Shown piece after piece: positions 52,800-64,000 of a DNA stretch of 64,000 nt. The first letter of the stretch is position 1; the number at the start of each line of letters is the position of its first letter. The stretch is taken from the NCBI GenBank assembly GCA_004022145.1, contig RCNU01000009.1; one strand, written 5' to 3'. A program made the translations under genes and the position numbers. Under the pieces are notes generated by a model that searched no databases, was not told the DNA's origin, and was given only the letters and a program-made list of their open reading frames with translations. This stretch comes from Paecilomyces variotii. Its lineage: Eukaryota.

Positions 52800-55700
52800 A
52801 TCAGATAAAAGGAAAAAATTTTTATCTGATCAAAAACTGCCTTCAGGCTCGGTTCGGATCTGGACATGGCTGGCTGGTTGGCTTCCAGGAGGCGCAAAGA
52901 CCCATGGACTGGACTTCAACGGCTTATAGGCGATGGAACCGTCCGCATGTTTCGCCATGATTCTTGTGTCTCAAGTTATTTAACTAGTTACTGATCGAAC
53001 TGATGATCAAATCAGATAATGATACATCGCCGCGTAGCGTTGCCACTAGTTTGTCCGACAGAGTGTCTGCTAACTCAACAGGTATTAGTTAGTTGGTCAT
53101 AACTAGTTAATTCACTCTTTCTTACACACTCGACCATACTGCCCACACTCGAGGAATTATTATTGCTAACCGTTCGAGCAACTTCCCAATAATCTCACAC
53201 ATTGAGTTTCTAGCCCGTCTGCCAGGTCATTGCCAACCGCCAAGCTGAGTGATGGCGGTGCTCGCATTCCGGTTCGATGGAAACTTCTGCAACGTCTCGG
53301 GGTCCCGCTGAAGATGTGATGAATTTTCAGCAAATGATAATACCATACGGACCCTGAACTACTTAATTGCTTACTTAGCATTCCGACATCACACTGCTAG
53401 CTTAAGTTAAGAGTCTACCAGTTAAATTCCAACTGTGAGGTCCATGATTCCGTTGAACTTGGTTCCTGTCATCGGTCATTAGAGCACTCGTTCCAGCTGA
53501 ACCAGCGTCATCTAGATATCTCAACACTGTCTTCTGGGGGAGTTGTGCTCATAATCAATGCCATAGTAACCCTCATGTCCCAAGTGGTGGTGGGTATTAC
53601 GAATAAATGCTTACGGAAATCTCCAACCCGAAAGTCATGAAAACAAAACTTGCCGTTTCTATCCTCTAAGATCAGATCGGATCAGACACGATCGATCGTC
53701 CTGTTCCTTTTTACTTTTGTCTTCGCCCCCTGCAGCCATACTAGACTATACCAGCGCTTCTTATCTTTCCTCTCTCCCTGTCCCTACTTGATCTTCATCT
53801 AAGATAATTTCACTACTTCCTTTTTCCTTGGCAGAAATCATCCATCGTGATCATGACGCCCACCTTGATTCCCTCTTGCTATCACGTCTCTATCAGCCGT
53901 ACGAATCGCCAAAGTTTCCCTAAAGCAGCTGTTGAGGTGCAGGTGGGGTGTTGGAGTCCATCAGCAATAGCCCTCATGGCCGCCTGAAGCTCTACTCTAC
54001 AGTACGGGCCATTGCAATGCCTAAGTACTTTTAGTGTGCATCCAACTGGAATCTTCCGCGTTTCTTCTCGTGCATCTGCAACCCGCGCTGATCACACAGT
54101 CCATACCACTCTAGAGTACCTGGTGCTATGGTCATCATCCTGCACGAAGAACAACAGAGGGGAAATTCCAATCATTGCGGGCGTCTTTCTAACTCTCCTC
54201 TTATCATTCGTTGAACTTCTCGCGCCCTAACGAAGCTCCCCTCACTAGACAAGTTACTCTTCCCGCGCGTTCTATCTCTCCCCCCACTCTCTCTCTCTCT
54301 GAAGCAATAATCTCTCCTAGCACGAGATGAAGCCTGCATTAACAGATCAGAAAAAAAAGAAAAAGAGCTGCCCAACGAAGATACGACGCAGTTTCAACCC
54401 CCGCGTTCGTTCGCGTCCACACCAGGGATAAAAGTCCGCGCCATGTGCGCGCGCGCTCGGGGCTCCTGATGATACATCACACAGCCTGATCTACGACGAT
54501 ATACAGTTGGAACTGCGAGATTAGCGTCTTCCCCTTGACTGCATGAGATGGTTCCACCAGTTATTATTCACTGGTTTCAAATCCAGGACCTTTTTTTCTT
54601 TTTTTCTTCTCCCTTCTGCGCGTCAGCGATCTTGCATGAGATTGGCAAGGAACAGAATGTCTACCTAGTTATCTAAGTTAACTACTACTAACTCTAGTCC
54701 CGCATCACATTCGGAACTACGTAGAAAGTATGATATGCATGGTCCCCTCGTAGGCCCTCTTTTCTTTTTTCGTTTTTGTCTTTCTTTCTTTTGTCTTTGA
54801 AATCGGAGTGCTCTCATTGCTCAGAATGCTGTTTCTCCCCCCTCCCCTCCCCTCCTAATCCTCATCTCCTGTGGGGAGGAGGGGGGAATTAGACCATCAT
54901 CACCATATTCACGCAAGATAACTAACTAGCTAGATATCACCTCCTTCGGGCACTAATTTCCGCAAGGAGAGCCGGTGGAGAAAAAATAATAAGCAGGCAT
55001 GACTCGAAAATCAGAATAATGTCCGGTGATCAAGTATCGCCGTCTATTATTGATAACATACTGTTGGATCTAGCGCTAGTGTTGCGGATAGGGAGGATGA
55101 TGATGATGATGATAATGCAGCTAGCTGTGACACGGGAGTAATGGTCGGCATGTCATGTTGAGCAATCAGAGATGGGGTATTTGCAAGGAACGAAAAAGAA
55201 AGCAAAGCTGGTTCGAACAGTGGTGACTGTGTGCTCCCCTTCTTGTGGGTGGTGAGAGGGTAAAGTTTTCGAATTGTTGCGGCCTGGAAGGTAAGGTTGG
55301 AGCTTGGATCTGGGGTGTTGCTTATGTGTAGATGTGGTTGTGGCTTGCTATTTTGTATATGAACATTAGTGTTAGGAAAAGGATGGATAGTGAGCAGAGG
55401 ATGTAATATATCATTATTGAGTCAAAGAATACTATCGTATAGACTCTACATAGATATAATCCTATGATAGTCTACTCCCAAAACTATTAGATCGGCTGAG
55501 GATATATATTAATATGGTATACGATAAACAAAAAAGTCCCAAGATACTAAATAATAGAACAACGAACACATTCTCTTTTTCTCTTATATCAACGATAGAT
55601 AGATATAAATGTAAATACTAACTACTACCTCCACGTAACTAACATCAACACCTGAAATCAGTAATATAGATAGATAGAATCCACCTGTAAAGATCTAGGA

Positions 55701-55889
55701 TCACGGAAGCAAAGACTCTGAAGAGGCAATATTATGAAACGAGAATGATTTCTTGATTGCTTAGAGAACTAGAGGATACCGGAATCTATCAGCTATTTAT
55801 GCCCATGGGGGACTTCATCTCTTGATTACCTGCTGGCTGGAGCACTGCACTGCCTCCCACCACTGATTTCAAGCAATTACTTATCTGAT
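52800..55889. promoter_or_regulatory. Cluster of four exact SreA-type ATCAGATAA boxes
   Basis: ATCAGATAA at 52800-52808 and 53011-53019; TTATCTGAT at 52822-52830 and 55881-55889. The first pair forms an 11-bp inverted repeat with a 9-nt spacer. Confidence 0.6.
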
Positions 55890-56610
55890 TCTGGCGTGTC
55901 TCCTTCGATCCTTATATTGCGGGTGCAAATGGATAGCACGACGGATTACATGCACGCGGCTTTGTGCGCCGGGATATAAGTATATTGAATACTCGTATGC
56001 TTATAGACGTATAGAAAAGAGATAGCAGGAGTGGTTATTTTCGTGCAACTGCTTTAGCCTATCGAGCTGCTAAGAGATTATGTTTTAAGGTAAAGGTATA
56101 AATCAAGCTGTCTACAGGGAGGTCGAAGACTACGCGAGAAGTAGTGTCTTTTTCGTTGATCTTGTAGTTTACAATCCATTATTATATATAAGAAGTGCTG
56201 CTATATGTTTTTGAAGATAACCAGCAAAAAATCGCAAAGAAGCCCGTACATCGAGGGAGATATACTGTACATAACACAAAAAGAAGTGAAGAGAAGAATC
56301 ACATTTAAAAAGAAGTAAAAATGAAATGCACCTCCTTTCGTGCTCGGGAATCAACGGAGCGTCCATTCAACTGTAGTAATCATGCAGTGTCTATTCCATC
56401 TATACCCACCTTGGTGATCATCATATGAACGTACACGAAACTATCAGCTGTCCGGCTGTCCGCCAGGGATAGCAAATAAATGACTTGAAATGGCCATGAC
56501 CCCCAGGCCAACAGAGTGGTATAATGCTGAGTCGATGCCAACTCCCCTAGAGAGCATCCGCCAAAAGGAAAGGGGATGCGTTAGTCATGAGAAGGAACGT
56601 ATATATACTG

Positions 56611-59146
56611 TTAGACCGCGTTTTCTGGGTCTTCGGCTGCAAGGCTCGCATAGGCGCCCTGCGATCTATCGCCTCCACCTCCTCTGCGCATCCGTAGTGG
56701 TACCTCGTACATCTGGTTATAGTTGACCTTCTCGCCGCCCAGCATTGCGGCTCCGGATTCTCTTTTCCCAAAGTAGGGCTCAGAATCACACCAGAAGTCT
56801 CGGCAATTGCTGACGATTCCTCGAGAGAAAGGGTTTCTGGGAGCAGTATTACCGCGGCGCTCTCTGAGACCGCCTCGGGCCGTTGCCAGAAAGCTGTCAA
56901 GACCAAGGAGCATCTTCCACTGCTTGAAGCATCCTTGCCGGTGACGATGAGGAGCCCCAGCGGAAAGTGAGGGGTTAGGACCATGACCAGAAGCTGATAG
57001 TCCAGCAGCGTCGAGTGAGGTTGTCCCTGCGGCAATGGCGGACGTAATAGCTTGTGAGCTTGGGCGAGCATGGTCGATAGAATGACCTCGCATATTCTCA
57101 TACGTCGTCTGGTTTCGAGAAATCTGGACCAGCTGAACAGCACAAAGCATTGTCACCCAAACCAATTGAAGCGCAATCCAAAAGTTGAGAACTAGAGTGT
57201 ATGTATCCCGCAGGGCGATATTACAGAGGCTATCCTTGATGACGTTGCACTCGACAACCTCAGGGTTAGGTAACAGTCCGATATCTACAGGCATGATCAG
57301 TATCGTCTTGAGCATAATACCACGTATCGGAAAGCACATACAGGCAATAGTCAACTGTATGAACAGGATGATTCCTACTTCCAAAGTGATAATGTATAGA
57401 ACGAAATGGCGTAGGTTGTTCGCTCCCACGCAATTATCGATCCAGGGGCAATGGCTGTCTTGCGTTAGCATTTCGCAAAAGGAACGAGATAGTAACGTAG
57501 AACTCACTGATCATGCTTCGAGACACAGCGCGCACAACGTCTGCAATGCTTGCTTCGTAGGGGCTTCCTGCTCATGCAAAACACACAGAAATTCTCCTCA
57601 TCGAATTTCCAGATATCGAACAATTCGGTAATGACTGCTCTCTGCTGATTCCTGCTGCTGAGTTTTGGCACGTAACCAGGGTCTGAAGTCATAGAGAAGA
57701 TGTAGAAATAAGTCGTCAAGCCGTAGAAAACCACGAACAAGATATTGAGAATCGGATGCGATGAATAAGTTGCTACCCATTGTTAGCCTCTGGACTATAC
57801 GATCAGACGGGGGGCATCTTACTTGGTAGAATATGTGTCACATATCGTACTCCCACCCAAAAAAGAGATCCTGCAAAGATGCCCGCTAGGTAGGGCTGGT
57901 ATTTGTTCGTGTCAGTAAGGACGGAGATCGAATATTTCTTAATTCGCGACCTGAAGGGGATGACGCTTTACGTACCGTTCTCTGCAGAATCCTGTACTCT
58001 GAAGGGGCCTGATTGGCAACCTGCTGTGCTACCCACTGCAACGAGAATACTGCCACTAGCATGATTGGCACGGCCGCATATATTGGCATATGACTGAGGA
58101 TGTAGACAGCCACGAACACAGTCAAGAACGGCCAAAGGAAGAAGAATTTCGATACAGTGCTTTTGTTCTGTGCCAGTGAGGCCCAACCAGCGGCATTCTT
58201 CGTATTTCCGTCAATGTCGTAACCACACTCATCCAGCGCGCGATGCCATGCTCGTGTGGTATTCATCTCTTGCGCCACGACCGAGGGCGACTTCCCGTCC
58301 CTCGTCTTCGCGAACCTGTCTGCGCCATACTCGAGGATTTTCTGTATGCAAGGTGCTGATCCTTTGACTAGGGCCCAATGAAGAGGCGTCAATCCACCTT
58401 CATCCACAGCGTTCACATTGGCACCCCATCGCAAAAACAGATCAACACAAGCAGGGAACCCCTTGTATGCCGCCCACATAAGACCCGTGTGCCCTTGAAC
58501 GTCCGTCACATCCACCGGTATCTCCTGATGGAGGAGCAGTATGAGCAAGAAAGCGTTCCCGTCGATTGTAGCGAGGTGGAGAATGTTATATCCTTGCACA
58601 TCGGTGAGAAGAGGATCGGCTCCGCGCTGAAGCAAGAGATTGACAATATAGTAATGGCACCGCTGAGCAGCCCACATGGCTGGTGTAGCAACAGACTCTC
58701 CGCCTTTCGCGTTCACGTCCGCGCCAGAGTCCAGAAGGAACCTACACATGGCATATTGATTGTTAATCGCAGCCCACTGTAGTGGATCACACAATAGTCA
58801 GTTATACAGTCCTAACAGCGACTAAAATGAATTGGGAACTGCGTTGGGAACAAGAACGTACATGCAAAGGTGTAATCCCTTCCTCGTCTCGGTATTTGGC
58901 ATCAAACTGCTTGCTCTCAAATAGCTTCTGTACTGCTGCAATCTCTCCTAGGCGCGCCAGCTGCATAATATCCTGCTCGATCGGTAAAGGAGACTTGACG
59001 GCTTCCGGGCCAGATTCCATATTCTTAAGCTCGACGGCATCGTCGTGCTGTGTGAGTCTTGGAGGCGCTGCGGTTGTCTTTCCATTAGGCGCTGACAGGG
59101 AGCCCCGACCAGCGGCGCTGTTATTGTGAGATTCCGAAGAGGACAT
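56611..59146 (-). CDS. akr1: Ankyrin-repeat DHHC palmitoyltransferase Akr1; exons 59146-58862, 58776-57976, 57895-57823, 57772-57508, 57454-57342, 57284-56611
   Basis: Ankyrin repeats ([21 protein letters not shown]), TM segments, and 'CVFC...[27 protein letters not shown]' with DHHC restored across an intron, followed by 'NQTTYE'. Confidence 0.94.
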
Positions 59147-59947
59147 ATCGGGAACGATAGAGCGCCAATTCTGCGATAGGAAATAAATCTGTTCTGGGAC
59201 GAAGACTCTCTATAAGAGCCACGGATGGTGGACGGCGAGAACAACGGCGGTTTGGTTGGCAATTTAGGGGAGCGTAACCGCAGGGAGACTCATATCCGCG
59301 TCCGAGGGAGATGATGGGTAGAGGGTTTCGAACGAACAGCACAATAAAGCTGATGCTAAATGAAAGACTGAGAAACAACAAGAGAAATAGTCCACGGACT
59401 CTGCGTACACGTTGAGAATTGAACTTAGCCGCAGCTGGGGAGAATCCGCGGCGCGCAGTTGAAGTCGGAGTTAGCTTCGAGACCGCCGATGGATATGCTA
59501 ACGTGAGTGGTCACCACAGGGCGGCTGAGCAGAAATGTCTATTATTGTAGCATGTACAAAAGCGCACAGCCACCGTTTGTTTTAACACATTACTATCGAA
59601 TATTGTTTTAAGCATGCTAGGACTTTAAGGGATATCCTGTAGTCGACCATCTACACTCCGGTTGAGGCCCCAAAAAACCCCGAGATTTGGAGAAACGTGG
59701 CTAGGCAGAAATGAACCGAACTGATAACAAAATAATTATGTATGGTGAATAATATGACGAAATTGTAACGAGCTTCGAGGAGCGAGGCCGCATCTGTATA
59801 ATCGAAGCTGGAAATCTGTTCAGCAGAGATGATCACGGATCATCTGTTACGAGTACTGTACAAAGTCATGACCATGCCCATTGCCAATCAATCCAAAAAC
59901 AGTTTCCAAATCAAAACTATTGAATTGGCTCTGTAACGAGCATCAAC

Positions 59948-60763
59948 TCAAGACGGAGCAGTCACCGCTGGCACTGACGGTTCGTCTCTGTTGTGGTCTG
60001 ATGGCCCCGTGCTCTTACCAGGTACGCTTCCTAGTAAAACCCCGCCCTTCTGCATGGATCTTACTTCGTTCATTAGCATGTGAGGGTCAACTTTCAGCTC
60101 AAAGTCCGCTAGAAAGCAGAAACTGATTTCCAGACGGGAAAGCTCCCGTTCGCTGACTCCGCCGACTTTCGCAAAGCGGCTGTGGGGATAGCTCAAGTCT
60201 TCAAGAGCCTTCATCGCGACGCGTAGACTAGCCAACGCCAGCCGGTGCACATTACGCGGAGTCAGAGAAATTATTTTCTCGACAGTTGCGAGCCTGGTGA
60301 TGTATAGACTGGCCGCAAGATACACCGCCGTCGACATTGGACAATATCGCTGCAGGCGCGATACGTACTCTTCCAATGAGATCGGTGGTGCTTTTTTGGA
60401 AAAGAATTTCTTGGCTAGCGCACTCTGCTGGATTGTCTCCAATAAAGCACCTTCGACTGTAGGATCTCTTGTCTGACTGCAGTGCAGCTCGGTGACTTTT
60501 AATGGCGTACCTTCGGTGTCTTCCGGGTCTGCAGCCTTTGAGTGAAAAGCAGCCTTCATTAAAGGAGTCGGAGGAACATCGCCAGTCAACCGCACAATGT
60601 CGCCGATATGCGCGCAGAACATCGAAAGCGCGGTGTTGGGTGATATGCTGAACAGTTCGTCTCGGTCTCCAGCTGCCCCTATCGTCCCTGACAAAGGCTG
60701 GGCGGACGTCGCCGTTGCAGACCCGGCATCCGCTTTCTGGGAGGCAACTGTAGGAGAGCTCAT
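59948..60763 (-). CDS. Pho80/Pcl-family cyclin (Pho85 cyclin)
   Basis: Cyclin box 'FFSKKAPPISLEEYVSRL...NVHRL...KALED...FAKVGGVSERELSRLE'. Confidence 0.85.
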   Translation of the reverse strand: MSSPTVASQKADAGSATATSAQPLSGTIGAAGDRDELFSISPNTALSMFCAHIGDIVRLTGDVPPTPLMKAAFHSKAADPEDTEGTPLKVTELHCSQTRDPTVEGALLETIQQSALAKKFFSKKAPPISLEEYVSRLQRYCPMSTAVYLAASLYITRLATVEKIISLTPRNVHRLALASLRVAMKALEDLSYPHSRFAKVGGVSERELSRLEISFCFLADFELKVDPHMLMNEVRSMQKGGVLLGSVPGKSTGPSDHNRDEPSVPAVTAPS

Positions 60764-61696
60764 CCTGATAGACTGCTCTGAGCGAAAACCTCAGCTATAT
60801 CCGCGAGACCTCGCAATGGGTTATCCAGACCGGAAACCGGACACGCAGAGTGCAGGCCTAACACTACAACTGTAGGACGATTTTTGAGGTAAAAATTGCA
60901 TTGTCGAACCAAGCCCCAGGAGGATTCTGATTTTATCCACCCTATATTCTCTTAGATAGACAACAATCCGTGACCGATAAACGAAGGTATGAAAGGGCTA
61001 TTACTCCAACCGGGGAGCGAGGACGACGATTATGTACGAGAAAAGACGTCAGGCCGATATTCTCAATTCTGCAGCGCTACTTATCAGTAATTATTATTTA
61101 AAAAGAAAAGAACGTGCATGAGAATCGATGCGAGAATAAATCCAAGAGCATGTCCAATACTGACATTGTTGCCCAATGCCCAACCTTCCCCCCTGAGATG
61201 TCCAAATGAGGGTGATCTAAGTAGTCCCAGCGGCTGCAGTCAGGCCTAGGCTCTCGAGTATGACCAGGGGCAATGTTGAATCGACGAAAGTTCCCCCGCT
61301 CCAAAGAAGGAGACGTGGCAGCATCCTTTGATCTGTACGTCTTCAGGAGGGAGCATCCTCGGCGTTGGTACTGCGATCAGCTTTTTTTGGCGCGCGCCGC
61401 AATTGGATTCTGCCTTGAAAGCACACCGAGATGGGCCACCGCCTTTCGACTACGTCAACAGGTGCTCAGTAATAGTTGTGCCTTGTTATTTCGATCGATA
61501 TTCCTCTTTCGGTTTTCTACATAAAGCATATGTGCTTGCTTTAGGTGAACCAGTAGTAAATTCACAATTGCCCTGCCATCCTCCGAGGGTCGCTACACGA
61601 GGTCGCTTTCTACTCCTGCATGCTTGCTTCAGAATGATAAGAATTAATGTATGTATCCAGACCTGGGAATCAATTCGTCATGTATAGAACTCAGAA

Positions 61697-63434
61697 TTAT
61701 GACCACCTTTCCATGAATCTGTCCCGATGTTTGTTTCGCTGGTGCAAATCTTCTAGGTTTACACGTTCAACGCCCTTTTGAACGCGAACCAATTGTCTTT
61801 CCAATTCAGCAAGATCCTTTTCTTGGACAGCATCCAAAAGTGACGGCGACCAAGTCGATTCTGCATGTAAGGAAGAGTGAAGTAACTGTCCTGCCTGGTC
61901 TGCCTGATTGAGGTGAGAAAGTAATGGAACATCAGCGGCGACAACGAGATTATGCAGGCGCTCTAGCATAGAAATCTTCTTTTCATGAAGGGTATCGAGA
62001 CCACCGCCCTCTTCAGAAGGTCTAAGTACTGTGTCAACTGAAGTCCCAAGACGGCGTAAGACGGACTCGAGGGACGGTGACTCGAGGATAGGTAGAGTAG
62101 ATTTCCTTCTTTCGGAATCTCGCGGGCGCGGTGAACCCAGTGAGCTTCTGAGGGTGTCTTTCAGCAGTGATTCTCGTCTGGATGTCGGCTCAGAAAGTTT
62201 AACGTCCATTTCCGTTTTGTAAACACCTATGAGACCTTCCAGACATTCACGGTAAGACTGTCTATCTCGCAAACGCTCTCTGATATCTTGTGTGGACATC
62301 GTCATCTCGCTCAAAATGTCGAGGATCTGTATACAATCCAGTCAGAGAGGACCATTTCTAACTGTACCTGGGTACACTTACATGACTCAACTTTTTCTCT
62401 GAGGCAGAATACATGTTCCCGTGATGATTTTCGAGCTCGCGCTGTATGGGGTCGCTGAACTGCTGCTTCGCAGATATGTCCGATAGCACAGTGATTTCGG
62501 GGTATAGAGACTCTAGCTCCTCCTGCAATGCAAGCAGGACTTCGTCTTCACCTCCTGCCCCATTGAAAGCCGATGATTCCGACGTAGAATTTATCGTTTC
62601 CATGTATAATCGATCTAGGCGACACTGTATTTCTTCGGAGACATATCCAGAAAGCCTGCTTGTAAGCTCTGTTGCTCGCTTCCCTGCCGCCCTATCTTCA
62701 TCATCAGACCCAAGCCGTGATAGTAATCCTTCGAGTTTCTGCAGAGTCCGATCATCATCTTTTAGCCTGGCGGTCACTAGAGAAAATAGTTTTCTGCTTT
62801 CGATGACTGTCGACTCTGTTCCAGTTCTCATTCTCGCCTCAAGAGTCTGTGCAAGATCATCGGCCTACATCATATTAGTGACAGTTCTGTTTAACAACTA
62901 GCTTTTGAAGGAACGTACCGCGGCGCTAATATGCTGTCTCTCTAATTGATGTCTCCTCTGGACGTCTGTCAAGGCCTTTCCACGGTTCTTATGATACTCA
63001 TTGTCATCACGTAGCCTTTTCTTCGCCAATTCACATTGAGCAGTCAGCACCTCAGTGCGTCTTTTGATAGATGCTGTAGATTCTTTTAGGGAGCTAATGG
63101 CGGTGCGAATATCATCCTCCAGCAAAGGTCGCGTTGCAGTGAGGTCCGCAGTTGAAAGAAGGCCTTGAAGGGCACCAGAACTTTCTATCTTGGCATATCT
63201 ACGATTTCTGTCAGTGACTCATACATTGGTGGTCAGGATTTGGCCTGTATACAGATTGATCTCCTCCTTGGACAACAATGTGTCGGAACGGAGATGGTTG
63301 GACACCCATGTCGAATTTGCAGGGCCATCGGGCTCATTAGCGAACGCCGACTCTATGATCTCCTTCCTAAAAGGAATATCGCGCTCTCGAAAGGCAGCGA
63401 TGACCTGCTCGGCCGGGCTTTTTGAACATTCCAT
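61697..63434 (-). CDS. Conserved coiled-coil protein of uncertain function (possibly an augmin/HAUS-like subunit); exons 63434-63253, 63198-62919, 62864-62382, 62326-61697
   Basis: Four ORF pieces are joined in frame by three GT..AG introns. The product is helical/coiled-coil throughout and ends 'RDRFMERWS'. The family assignment is tentative. Confidence 0.7.
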
Positions 63435-64000
63435 GGCGCGGTGAACTTGATGGCAACAATCTATCGGCCGAACGCGCACAGAGAACGGGAAAGCCAGACG
63501 CGGTTGGGGCCCAATGACAACTTTCGGCTCGGGATCCGCTAACTTATCAAGTAGATAGACTATGACCACCAGACTTTAAATATGGTAGTATGCCACCACG
63601 GTGGAATGCCCCTCTTGCTATGAAGAATAAAGAAATTTTCACTTTCCAATGTCGCCGAAGAACCAGATAGAGAGCGGTTTATATGACGCAGTCTCTGCAA
63701 TAACCTTGGTGGGTCTCATACCATATCAGCTCTGATTCTAGACGGCAATTAATACTGGATTCTAGGTTGTTCGTCTGTCGTGGCGCAGATTATTGCGATC
63801 ATGGATTCAAGTTCCCGTTGGACTCTTGCTGGCCCTTTTGACTTGCTTTGGTGTTGATTCTTTACTGGGGCTCAGTGGAGTGCCATTCCCGGCATCGGTC
63901 GCTTGTATGATTGTGCTATTTCTAGCACTGCTCTTGTCTCAGTGGCTCCTGGGCGACAAATGGACGAGGACGATAGTGAGATACATTGATATTCCAGTAT

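Overview
Eukaryotic, intron-containing DNA from a filamentous ascomycete; gene content and intron style suggest Eurotiales (inference). Core genes in order: HAD-family dehalogenase-like hydrolase (-), Num1/Mcp5-type PH-domain coiled-coil protein (+), class I hydrophobin (+), ZIP zinc transporter with ZafA-type boxes (-), small cytochrome b5 (-), Prp2/Cdc28 DEAH helicase (-), Wee1 kinase (-), a ~5,100-aa ferrichrome-type siderophore NRPS (-) divergent from L-ornithine N5-monooxygenase sidA (+), Akr1 palmitoyltransferase (-), a Pho80/Pcl-type cyclin (-) and a conserved coiled-coil protein (-). Two regions stand out. (1) An accessory-looking ~5 kb island at about 12.1-17.5 kb holds a mutated, RIP-like three-exon pseudogene that weakly resembles a Starship captain (DUF3435) N-terminus, an atypical tail-anchored kinase, a stand-alone HeLo-like-domain gene and a terminal hairpin. 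(2) A 4.5-kb interval with no recognisable gene between the convergent sidA and akr1 genes holds four exact SreA-type ATCAGATAA boxes, two as a perfect inverted pair, hinting at a hidden iron-regulated transcript or a lost cluster gene. All exon boundaries were inferred by eye from GT/AG sites, branch points and reading-frame continuity; no database searches were run.
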